Below, one piece after another: positions 8,053 to 16,029 of a DNA stretch of 32,000 nt (its first letter is position 1; every line of letters starts with the position of its first letter). The DNA is from Candidatus Nanobsidianus stetteri. Its GTDB lineage: Archaea > Nanobdellota > Nanobdellia > Nanobdellales > Nanobdellaceae. The position numbers were made by a program, and so were the translations under genes. The DNA is taken from NCBI GenBank assembly GCA_000387965.1, contig APJZ01000001.1, forward strand, positions 126,567 to 158,566, read 5' to 3'. The notes beneath the pieces are model-generated. The model ran no database searches. It saw only the letters and a list, made by a program, of their open reading frames with translations, and had not been told where the DNA came from.

Positions 8053-11000
8053 ATGCCCTCTACTAATAATTCTCTAAATCAGCTTGATATCGACGACTTA
8101 TTAATATGTATTAGAAATGGAGTTCTTCAAGCACGTACGGAAGAAGATTTAAGAATTAGAGTATCAAATTGTATTGAAGAAAAAATATTAAAACCATTAA
8201 AGGATTTAGGAGAAATAGATATTTCTGAAGGTAAATATGAATATACTTTAGCTTCTGGTAAGAGAGTTGATGCTTTATATGGGCATGTTATTATTGAATA
8301 CAAAGCTCCTGGTAAATTATCAAGAGATTCTGATATTCAAAAAGTAAAGGAACAAGTTATTAAATATATAATCACCGAGGCTGGCGATAAAAGTAATTAT
8401 GATAAATTTTTAGGTATAATTATTAGCGATAAAATTGCTTTTGTTAGATACAATAAAAGAGAGGATAAATGGATATTAAGAGGACCTTATGAAATTAGAA
8501 GAGAATCTATTATAAAATTAATAGAAGCTTTAAGAGGTTTAAGAAGAAAAATTTTAAGTTCTGAAGAGCTTACTAAAGATTTTGGTATGAATTCTCAAAC
8601 ATCTAAAAGGATAATAAGAATACTTTATAAAAAGTTGTTAAATACAAAAAGTGAAAAAACAAAAATATTATTTGAAGATTGGATGAGGTTATTTAAACAA
8701 GCTACAGGTTATGATCCTGATAAATTTAAAGAATTAAAAGAATTGGCAGAAGACTACGGATTTGAAAAATCTAATATTAATTATGATATTCTAATTTTTG
8801 CAATACATACATATTATGCATTAATAATGAAATTAATTGCTGCCGAAATAGCTTATCTATATGGAAGTGGTAAATTTTATAAATCATATATTGTGGAACT
8901 TGATAATGCTTATACATCTAAAGGTATTGAAGGTTTAAAAAGTATATTAAAGGAATTAGAAAGTGGAGGTATATTTAAAAAGTTATTGGGTATTGAAAAC
9001 TTTTTAGAAGGGGATTATTTTTCTTGGTATGTTGAGGAAATAGATCAAGAATTAGGAGATGCTATTGCTGAAATCGCAAGAAGGCTTTCTGATTATGAAA
9101 TAGCAACTCCACAATTAGAACCTGAATTTGCTAGAGATTTATTAAAAGATTTATATCAAAATCTTGTTCCAAGAGATATTAGGCATAGTTTGGGAGAATA
9201 CTACACACCTGATTGGTTAGCAGAATTAATACTTAATAAAGTTGGATTACGTTATAAAAATTTAGAAAATATGGGAAAAGAAGATCCTTTAAAACCATTA
9301 GAAATTAGAGTTTTAGATCCTGCATGCGGATCAGGTACTTTTCTCATACTTTATATTAGTAGATTAATAAGATATGCTAATAAACATTACTTAACAGATA
9401 CATTAGCTAAATATATACTTGAAAATGTTGTTGGTTATGATTTAAATCCATTGGCAGTCTTAACCGCAAGAACAAATTATTTATTAGCCATTGCAGATCT
9501 ATTAAAACAGAGTAGCCTAGGAAGTATTGAAATTCCAATTTACTTAGCAGATTCTATAATGATTGAAACAAAAGCAGAAATTACTGAAAGATATTATATA
9601 TTAAGAACTGCAGTTGGTGAATTTAAGATACCAGCTAATATTGCACAAGATATTAATCTTTTAAGAAAAATATTAGATGAAATGAAAATGTGTTTAGAAA
9701 ATGGCTATACACCTAAAGAATTTGAATTTAGAATTTCACCATATAATTTAAATTCTGGAGAAAAGAAAAGTTTAATCGATCTTTATAGAAAATTACTTGA
9801 TCTTAGACTACAAGGAAAAGATGACGTATGGATAGCTATAATTAGAAATGCATTTGCTCCAATATTAAATGGTAAATTTGATTATGTAATCGGTAATCCA
9901 CCATGGATAAATTGGGAGAGTCTACCTGAACAATATAGAGAATCAAGTAAAGAACTTTGGAAAAAATATGGATTATTAGTTATCAAAGGAAAAACTGGAT
10001 TAGGTAAAGTTAAGAAAGATTTATCTATGTTATTTTTAGCAAGATGTTTTGATTTATATTTAAAAGTAGGTGGAAAATTAGGGTTTGTAATAACATTTAC
10101 TGTATTTAAAACACAAGCAGGTGCTGGTTTTAGAAATTTCTTAGCTACAAAAACAAAAATACATGCTATCCATGATTTAGTAACATTGGCACCATTCGAA
10201 GGTGCAACAAATAGAACGGGAATTATTATTGTTGAAAAAGTTTGCGAATTAGATAATATGAATGATAATGAATGTACAATTATTAAAGAAATAAGAAAAG
10301 AAAATATGAATGGTATCAAACATGTTGTATGGAATGGAAAGAAAATAGACCCAGATACATCCTTAAAAGATGTTCGCAAAATAACAAAACGTTATAAAAT
10401 AGTGATGGTACCATTAATCCCTAATGATCCTTCATCACCATGGATGCAAGTTAAAGCAAATATTATAAATGCTATTAGAAAGGTAATAAGTGGAAACCAA
10501 TATTATGAAGCACATGAGGGTGTTTTAACTGCCTTTAATCAAGTTTATTTCATCAAAGTGGTTGATAAGACTCCTAATGGGATGTTATCTATAGAAAATT
10601 CGCCCGAGAGCGGACAAAAGAAAAAAGTCAATGAAACTATAAAAGACATAAACATCGAACCAGACCTAGTTTATCCATTAATTAGAGGTAGAGATGTAAA
10701 GAAATGGTATGTTGATTTCAAAGATAGATTTATTATTGTACCACATGACCCAAAAACAGCAAAACCTATTTTGGAGAAAGATATGAAAATTAAATGGCCT
10801 CTTACATATAATTATTTACTTAATTATAAGAATGAATTGGAAAAAAGATCAATACATAAATTATGGGGTAAAGGAAATCCATTTTATTCTATATATGATA
10901 TAGGTACATATACTTTTGCCCCATATAAAGTTCTATGGGGGGCAATATCTGGTGCTATTACTGGTAAAGCTTTAAGTTTTGCCTGTGCAGTTGCTGAACC

Positions 11001-11418
11001 TGTTAATGAAAAACCAATGATACCCGATCATTCTGTGATATTAATACCTAATAAAACTGCAGATGAAGCATATTATATTGCAGGTATTTTAAACTCTATC
11101 ATAATACGCTCAATTATATCATCTTATACCTATGAATTAGGACAATACACCCACATTATAGATATATTTAACATACCTAAATTCGACCCCAATAATAATT
11201 TACATAAGAAAATTGCTGAATTATCTAAAAAAGCTCATGAATTAGCAAAATGTATATATTCCAATAATAAACCTGATTATTGTAAAAATATTAATGCAAA
11301 AGAAGAACTTAAAAAAGTTGAAGATGAAATTGATTTAGCAGTTGCTGAATTGTATGGAATTACTAAAGAAGAATTAGAAGGATTTAAAGAATTAATGAAT
11401 ATACTATCTGGAAAATAA
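8053..11418 (+). CDS. Single-chain Type IIG/IIL-like enzyme: N-terminal PD-(D/E)xK nuclease, gamma-class N6-adenine DNA methyltransferase and TaqI-like target-recognition region
   Basis: N-terminus RVDALYGHVIIEYKAPGK (D73-x8-E82-x-K84, nt 8269..8304). Methyltransferase motif X GEYYTP (nt 9193..9210), motif I VLDPACGSGTFL (from nt 9310), motif IV NPPW (from nt 9895) in VIGNPPWINWE. Downstream YPLIRGRDVKKWYV resembles the TaqI_C/Eco57I-family specificity region. The methyltransferase call is firm; the nuclease call rests on the motif only. Confidence 0.8.
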   Translation: MPSTNNSLNQLDIDDLLICIRNGVLQARTEEDLRIRVSNCIEEKILKPLKDLGEIDISEGKYEYTLASGKRVDALYGHVIIEYKAPGKLSRDSDIQKVKEQVIKYIITEAGDKSNYDKFLGIIISDKIAFVRYNKREDKWILRGPYEIRRESIIKLIEALRGLRRKILSSEELTKDFGMNSQTSKRIIRILYKKLLNTKSEKTKILFEDWMRLFKQATGYDPDKFKELKELAEDYGFEKSNINYDILIFAIHTYYALIMKLIAAEIAYLYGSGKFYKSYIVELDNAYTSKGIEGLKSILKELESGGIFKKLLGIENFLEGDYFSWYVEEIDQELGDAIAEIARRLSDYEIATPQLEPEFARDLLKDLYQNLVPRDIRHSLGEYYTPDWLAELILNKVGLRYKNLENMGKEDPLKPLEIRVLDPACGSGTFLILYISRLIRYANKHYLTDTLAKYILENVVGYDLNPLAVLTARTNYLLAIADLLKQSSLGSIEIPIYLADSIMIETKAEITERYYILRTAVGEFKIPANIAQDINLLRKILDEMKMCLENGYTPKEFEFRISPYNLNSGEKKSLIDLYRKLLDLRLQGKDDVWIAIIRNAFAPILNGKFDYVIGNPPWINWESLPEQYRESSKELWKKYGLLVIKGKTGLGKVKKDLSMLFLARCFDLYLKVGGKLGFVITFTVFKTQAGAGFRNFLATKTKIHAIHDLVTLAPFEGATNRTGIIIVEKVCELDNMNDNECTIIKEIRKENMNGIKHVVWNGKKIDPDTSLKDVRKITKRYKIVMVPLIPNDPSSPWMQVKANIINAIRKVISGNQYYEAHEGVLTAFNQVYFIKVVDKTPNGMLSIENSPESGQKKKVNETIKDINIEPDLVYPLIRGRDVKKWYVDFKDRFIIVPHDPKTAKPILEKDMKIKWPLTYNYLLNYKNELEKRSIHKLWGKGNPFYSIYDIGTYTFAPYKVLWGAISGAITGKALSFACAVAEPVNEKPMIPDHSVILIPNKTADEAYYIAGILNSIIIRSIISSYTYELGQYTHIIDIFNIPKFDPNNNLHKKIAELSKKAHELAKCIYSNNKPDYCKNINAKEELKKVEDEIDLAVAELYGITKEELEGFKELMNILSGK

Positions 11419-11707
11419 ATTTTATTATTAACTATAAAAAATATTAATATTTTCCTCAAGCAACTTTATATCTGCAATTTTATCCCTTTTGCTATATCAT
11501 CACAATACGTTATTGGAATACCATTATCATACATTCATAAAGAAAATTTTATAGTAATATAAAAATTTACCATATCTTTTTATTTTTACTTTGATAACAT
11601 CTTGTTTTAATAGACATTTATATATTATCTAATTTGATAAATTAAATTTCTAAAACTTCTTTTAATTTTTCTAAAATTTATTAAAAATAAAAATTTTATT
11701 AAAAAAT

Positions 11708-12640
11708 TTAGAAAATTACTTCCTCGCCAGGAATTCTTGGGAATAGTTGAACTTCTCTTATATGTTTCTTTCCAGTTAAGAATCTTAATAATCTTTCAAC
11801 ACCAATTCCTCCTCCAGCACTTGGTTTTAACAATCCCATTTTAGCAACTTCTAAATATGCTTTATATGATGAATAATCTCTACCTTCTTTTTCTAATTCT
11901 TTTATCCTTTCCATAATTCTCTCATATTTATATTCTCTTTCTCCTCCAGATAAAACTTCTCCATATCCTTCTGGTAATATTAGATCATAGTTTAAGAAAT
12001 GACCTGGGTGTTCTTCATCTTCTTTATCATAGAACTCTCTTTTTATGTCAATAATCCAGAATGGATCTTTCTCTTTTTCACTTAAAGCCTCATCACTACC
12101 ATATTTTTCTAAAACTTCTGAATATCTATAAACTTTGAATGGTTTTGAAGGAACTTTTAATTCTCTACCTAGAAGATCTAATTCTTCTTTACATTCTTCT
12201 TTAACTTTTTTGATTACATGGATTACTAAATCTTCTACTAAATCCATTACATCTTTCATCTTTGCATGTGCCATTTCAAAGTCCATCTGTGTAAATTCAA
12301 AAGCATGCCTTCCTGTTTTAGCTCTTTCACTTTTTTCTAATCTAACGTTTGGTGAGAATATAAATATTTTATCTGCCGCTATAAGAGATAGCTGCTTATG
12401 TAATATCATACTCTGCGTTATTACTAGTTTTTGCGAATAATACTCAAATGATGGTGTAAAGACAATACTGGATGCTGGATCTGGTGCCAATGGGTCTGTA
12501 AATACTGATGTTACTATTGGCAATAGTTGTACAAAGCCTCTTCCTACCATAAATGACTGCATTTCCTTCAGTACTACTGTCTGTATTCTTAATATTGGCC
12601 CCATTTCTTTTAGGTGAGATATCATTTCTTCTACCGCCAT
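11708..12640 (-). CDS. asnA: Archaeal AsnA-type asparagine synthetase (AsnRS catalytic-core paralog lacking the anticodon-binding domain)
   Basis: 310 aa, class II aaRS core only. Motif 2-like GRHAFEFTQMDFEMA, motif 3 GGGIGVERLLRFL, C-terminal IREVQLFPR. There is no N-terminal OB fold, unlike the full-length enzyme at 20688..22040. The size and layout match the tRNA-independent AsnRS-like asparagine synthetases described in Pyrococcus. Confidence 0.7.
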   Translation of the reverse strand: MAVEEMISHLKEMGPILRIQTVVLKEMQSFMVGRGFVQLLPIVTSVFTDPLAPDPASSIVFTPSFEYYSQKLVITQSMILHKQLSLIAADKIFIFSPNVRLEKSERAKTGRHAFEFTQMDFEMAHAKMKDVMDLVEDLVIHVIKKVKEECKEELDLLGRELKVPSKPFKVYRYSEVLEKYGSDEALSEKEKDPFWIIDIKREFYDKEDEEHPGHFLNYDLILPEGYGEVLSGGEREYKYERIMERIKELEKEGRDYSSYKAYLEVAKMGLLKPSAGGGIGVERLLRFLTGKKHIREVQLFPRIPGEEVIF

Positions 12641-12727
12641 TTAGTAGTAATAGTCTTTCTGATTCTTAAATTTTTTATAAAATTTTTTAAATAAAATTCA
12701 AAAAATTACTTAAATCTGATATAAAAA

Positions 12728-12742
12728 TTGAATATTTTTCAA
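12728..12742. promoter_or_regulatory. Candidate Lrp/AsnC-type operator (15-bp palindrome TTGAA-N5-TTCAA)
   Basis: ttgaatatttttcaa has perfect 5-bp inverted arms and an AT-rich 5-nt centre. It lies in the 204-nt divergent region between the asnA-like and lrp genes. The format resembles known archaeal Lrp boxes (about 15 bp, AT-rich centre). Confidence 0.3.
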
Positions 12743-12791
12743 AATTTGATTTATAAATTGATAGGATATTGTATGTATAAATTTCATAAAA

Positions 12792-12808
12792 TTCAAAAAT
12801 ATTTTGAA
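12792..12808. promoter_or_regulatory. Candidate Lrp/AsnC-type operator (17-bp palindrome TTCAAAA-N3-TTTTGAA)
   Basis: ttcaaaaatattttgaa has perfect 7-bp inverted arms, 37 nt upstream of the lrp ATG (12845). Confidence 0.3.
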
Positions 12809-12844
12809 TAAAATACTTAAATTTTTAAAAAATATAAATTTCTT

Positions 12845-13306
12845 ATGAAGATAGATGAAAAGGATAAACAATTACTTTCACTTTTACAGAAGAATTGCAA
12901 ACTTTCATTAAGAGAACTCTCACAAATTACAGAAATGAGAGAAACAACAATTTTTACCAGAATAAAGAGATTAGAGAATGCGGGAATAATAAAAGAATAT
13001 AGAGCAGTTTTAGATCCTAAAGCTATTGGTAAAAACGTTTTAGCTTTTGTTTTAATAAAATATGATCCCTCTGCTGGTATTAAACAAAGAGAAGTCGCAG
13101 AAAAAATTGCAAACTTACCAGAAATTCAAGAAGTTCATATAATAGCTGGAGATTGGGATATGATTGCAAAAGTTAGAGAAAAAGATGTTGAAGGTTTAGG
13201 AAAAGCTGTTTTAGATAAGATAAGAGAAATTAAAGGAGTAAAGGAGACAGTATCTTTAATAGTTTTTGAAAGTATAAAAGAAACAACCTTTCTTAATTTA
13301 GAATAG
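12845..13306 (+). CDS. Lrp/AsnC-family transcriptional regulator
   Basis: 153 aa. N-terminal HTH (DEKDKQLLSLLQKNCKLSLRELSQITEMRETTIFTRIKRLENAGIIKEY) followed by a RAM/AsnC_trans_reg-type alpha-beta domain (VLAFVLIKY...EVHIIAGDWDMIAKVR). Confidence 0.9.
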   Translation: MKIDEKDKQLLSLLQKNCKLSLRELSQITEMRETTIFTRIKRLENAGIIKEYRAVLDPKAIGKNVLAFVLIKYDPSAGIKQREVAEKIANLPEIQEVHIIAGDWDMIAKVREKDVEGLGKAVLDKIREIKGVKETVSLIVFESIKETTFLNLE

Positions 13307-13334
13307 AGATTTGTATTTTTTATAAAAATCTCTA
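13304..13334 (+). terminator. Hairpin plus T-run overlapping the lrp stop codon
   Basis: tagagattt (13304..13312) pairs with aaatctcta (13326..13334) to give a 9-bp stem. The 13-nt loop contains a T6 run. Archaeal termination is usually T-run driven, so the role is tentative. Confidence 0.3.
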
Positions 13335-13379
13335 AATAAAATTCACAAAAATTTAAAAATTCCAAAATAATAATATATT

Positions 13380-14696
13380 ATGGTAGATATAAAAAACATT
13401 TCGGATATAGAAGGACTAACATCTACAGATATATTAAATTTATTTAAAGAAACTAGGGCTTTCAAGTTATTATCTACCAAAGCATGGAATAATAGAACAG
13501 ATATTTTTGTAAATCCAATAGCTTTTTTAAGAGATATTTCTAACGATATTACTGACTCGATAAGTTCAGCTTTTGATACAGATTATTGGTTATTAATTCT
13601 AGGCGGATCTGGTGCAGGCAAGTCTACATTATCTATGGCAATTTACAAGCATATTATGAAAAATCTAGGTTACACTGATGAACAAATTAAAAATTCTATA
13701 TATTTAGATTTTTGTTATTTACCTTATGATTACTTAGGTAGAATTATGCTACATGAAAAGCAAATACAAGAAAAAGGTAAATCATTCCCACATCCTATTA
13801 TATTGGATGACGCTTATCATCTATTTGGTGTATTTAATAGAGGTATCACTGGTACTACAAGAAAATTACTAGATAAAATATGGGAAATTGGAGAATATCG
13901 ATTAGCACATATTGTTAATAATCAGTTTTCATTACAATTAGCTCAAAGAGCTATAATGAGGATGCATTCACTGATAATTTTATGGAAAGAACCTATCAGT
14001 ATTGGCAGTAATGAGACACCCAATATGGAAGAAACTTACTTAAGCTATGTGAAAAATTTGCTAAATAAAAGTCAAGAGACTAATTCTAATAATAAGGATG
14101 TCGATTTCTTGTGGGGTGCATTTTATGGAAAAGACAAAGCATATAAAGTTATGGGATATATCACAAAAAACCAGGGAAATATTGGCGAAGTTGATATCTT
14201 AGCAAAATTTACGCCTGATTATATTTTTCCAATGCTATTAACTTTACATGAGATATCCGATCTGAGAAAAGCATATAAAGATATAAAAGATTGTAGTTTA
14301 TCAATAATAGATTATTATCGTAATGCGGAGAAGCTTAAAATAAAAGGATCTCATAAATGCTTGTTTTTAAGAATTCTAATCGAACTAAATAAGAATTTTG
14401 ATAGAATAACTGACAAGGTAGACTCTAAAGGCTTTTATAAAGTAAACCCACCACTTGATTTTAAAATTCGTAATAAAAAAGATTTCGATGCTTTGCAGGA
14501 TATTGGAGATATACATCTAGAACCACCTATTAAACAAACAAGAAAAATATATAAAGACTCGACATACATAAAAGAAACCTATTCTGAAAGTCCTAAAATT
14601 AAGATATATTCTATAAATTCTTATATTTATTATTTCTTAAAGAATTGTCATGAAACGCTCGAAAAAAGATCACAATTATATGAAAGACTATATTAA
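13380..14696 (+). CDS. Uncharacterised P-loop NTPase (438 aa)
   Basis: Walker A LILGGSGAGKSTLS (nt 13602..13628). Walker B-like HPIILDDAYH about 70 aa downstream. The roughly 250-aa C-terminal region has no motif I recognise. Confidence 0.7.
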   Translation: MVDIKNISDIEGLTSTDILNLFKETRAFKLLSTKAWNNRTDIFVNPIAFLRDISNDITDSISSAFDTDYWLLILGGSGAGKSTLSMAIYKHIMKNLGYTDEQIKNSIYLDFCYLPYDYLGRIMLHEKQIQEKGKSFPHPIILDDAYHLFGVFNRGITGTTRKLLDKIWEIGEYRLAHIVNNQFSLQLAQRAIMRMHSLIILWKEPISIGSNETPNMEETYLSYVKNLLNKSQETNSNNKDVDFLWGAFYGKDKAYKVMGYITKNQGNIGEVDILAKFTPDYIFPMLLTLHEISDLRKAYKDIKDCSLSIIDYYRNAEKLKIKGSHKCLFLRILIELNKNFDRITDKVDSKGFYKVNPPLDFKIRNKKDFDALQDIGDIHLEPPIKQTRKIYKDSTYIKETYSESPKIKIYSINSYIYYFLKNCHETLEKRSQLYERLY

Positions 14697-14830
14697 TGGT
14701 CTCAAAAAATATATCATAACCTAAATTTTTAATTTTTAACCTTTTAAATTAAATAAATATAAAATTATTTTGAATTTTTCCCTAAATATATGTTATCAAA
14801 TCTAAAAATTTGGGAGATAAAAAAGAAACC

Positions 14831-15205
14831 TTAATATCCAGCTGGAGCATCTGCAGTTCTTGGCATTGCTAATCTCATTAATATTTCTAATATCAATAAG
14901 AATGCTCCAATAAATATTATAATTTGCAATACAGATCCTAAGGATCTTAAAGTATTAATTGCAACTACTGAATAACTTGAAACCTGTTGTACATACGTTA
15001 TAGAGTTTTGGAAAGATGTATTAACCGCATTTTGTATATTTGTTGCATTTGATGGTAATTGGTTATATACTGTTTGGTAGCTATTATATATTAGTGGGTA
15101 GAATGACATTCCTGCTACGCTTACTATACCTACACCTATCAATACTATTACCGCTGCTACTGTTAACCCCAAAGCAAGACCAATTAGTGCATATGCTACA
15201 TCCAT
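14831..15205 (-). CDS. Small membrane protein (124 aa, N- and C-terminal TM helices, Q/N/S/T-rich loop with N-x-S/T sequons)
   Basis: Hydrophobic N-terminus ALIGLALGLTVAAVIVLIGVGIVSVAG and C-terminal LQIIIFIGAFLLILEILM. The loop carries NAT and NTS sequons. A TATA-like tatatataa lies about 25 nt upstream of the ATG. Confidence 0.65.
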   Translation of the reverse strand: MDVAYALIGLALGLTVAAVIVLIGVGIVSVAGMSFYPLIYNSYQTVYNQLPSNATNIQNAVNTSFQNSITYVQQVSSYSVVAINTLRSLGSVLQIIIFIGAFLLILEILMRLAMPRTADAPAGY

Positions 15206-15370
15206 AATATATTAATTGTAATTACTTATATATAAAATTTATTAATCTTTCTCTTATAATGCCTATTTATAGATAGTTATTATAGTGGGGTATTATAATA
15301 GAATCTTATAAAAGCTTGTATATAATATTCACAATTATGAACCATGGGTTTTGGAATTTCAAATATATTT

Positions 15371-15388
15371 TGATTAACCATGGTTAAT
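15371..15388. promoter_or_regulatory. 18-bp perfect palindrome GATTAACCATGGTTAATC (candidate operator)
   Basis: Perfect dyad symmetry. Related half-sites GAACCATG occur at 15338..15345 and 15446..15453. It lies in the 298-nt spacer between two minus-strand membrane-protein genes. Confidence 0.35.
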
Positions 15389-15503
15389 CCTATCAAAATT
15401 TAATCAAAAACTATATCTAATCATATTCCACTCATGATCCTCTCAAGAACCATGACGGATAATTTCTGTTATACGTCATTCAGCAAGTATCCCGGTTACT
15501 TGA

Positions 15504-15920
15504 TTATAGCCCACTAAAAGTTTTGAGACCCATAGCAAAACCAGACATTATTAATAAAAATGGAAAAACAAAAATAGCAAATAATAAAATAGCTACAATT
15601 GCTATAACAAAAGCGGCACCCCAACTTACATTAGCTATGTACTTATAGCTAACTAAATCTATTATAAAAGCTAAGAATATTCCATAAATATATAATTCAT
15701 AATTAGAGTAATATACAATAATACCATTTATATAAAAAGAAGCAAATCCTGAGACTAAAGTAGCTGCAAGAATTCTTGGAAATGATATATATTCATCAAG
15801 AAAAAGTTTAGAAAACAAATAAACTGGTATTGAAAATAGAAATGAATATACAATCCAAAACATTATAAAAGATAATATTGTATTACCAATTTCCAATATA
15901 TCTATACTTAAAGTGATCAT
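15504..15920 (-). CDS. Polytopic membrane protein, paralog of 17868..18299
   Basis: 138 aa with 4-5 hydrophobic helices. Shares FI.(F/I)WI, F.R.L..TL, SF.IN and YKY(I/L)...(S/D)W blocks with the 143-aa protein at 17868..18299. Confidence 0.75.
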   Translation of the reverse strand: MITLSIDILEIGNTILSFIMFWIVYSFLFSIPVYLFSKLFLDEYISFPRILAATLVSGFASFYINGIIVYYSNYELYIYGIFLAFIIDLVSYKYIANVSWGAAFVIAIVAILLFAIFVFPFLLIMSGFAMGLKTFSGL

Positions 15921-16029
15921 TATATAACCATTTTATAAAAATATAAAAATGTTTTTCCGGAATTTCTGTAAACATATTTCTAATTTTTATAATTTTTGAT
16001 CTATTATATAAAAATTTTATGATAAAAAT

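Noticed and set aside
9882-11459. Track ORFs 9882..10379(-) (165 aa) and 11277..11459(-), antisense to the R-M gene.
   Set aside because: They sit opposite the methyltransferase and specificity region, which has clear motifs, and they have no independent support.
12135-13365. Track ORFs 12135..12440(+) and 13135..13365(-), antisense to the asnA-like and lrp genes.
   Set aside because: Shadow ORFs; the annotated strands carry the family motifs.
15283-15381. 33-aa minus-strand ORF (MVNQNIFEIPKPMVHNCEYYIQAFIRFYYNTPL) starting within the CCATGG palindrome.
   Set aside because: It is too short and has no supporting motif, hydrophobic helix or promoter spacing. The palindrome itself is the more robust observation.
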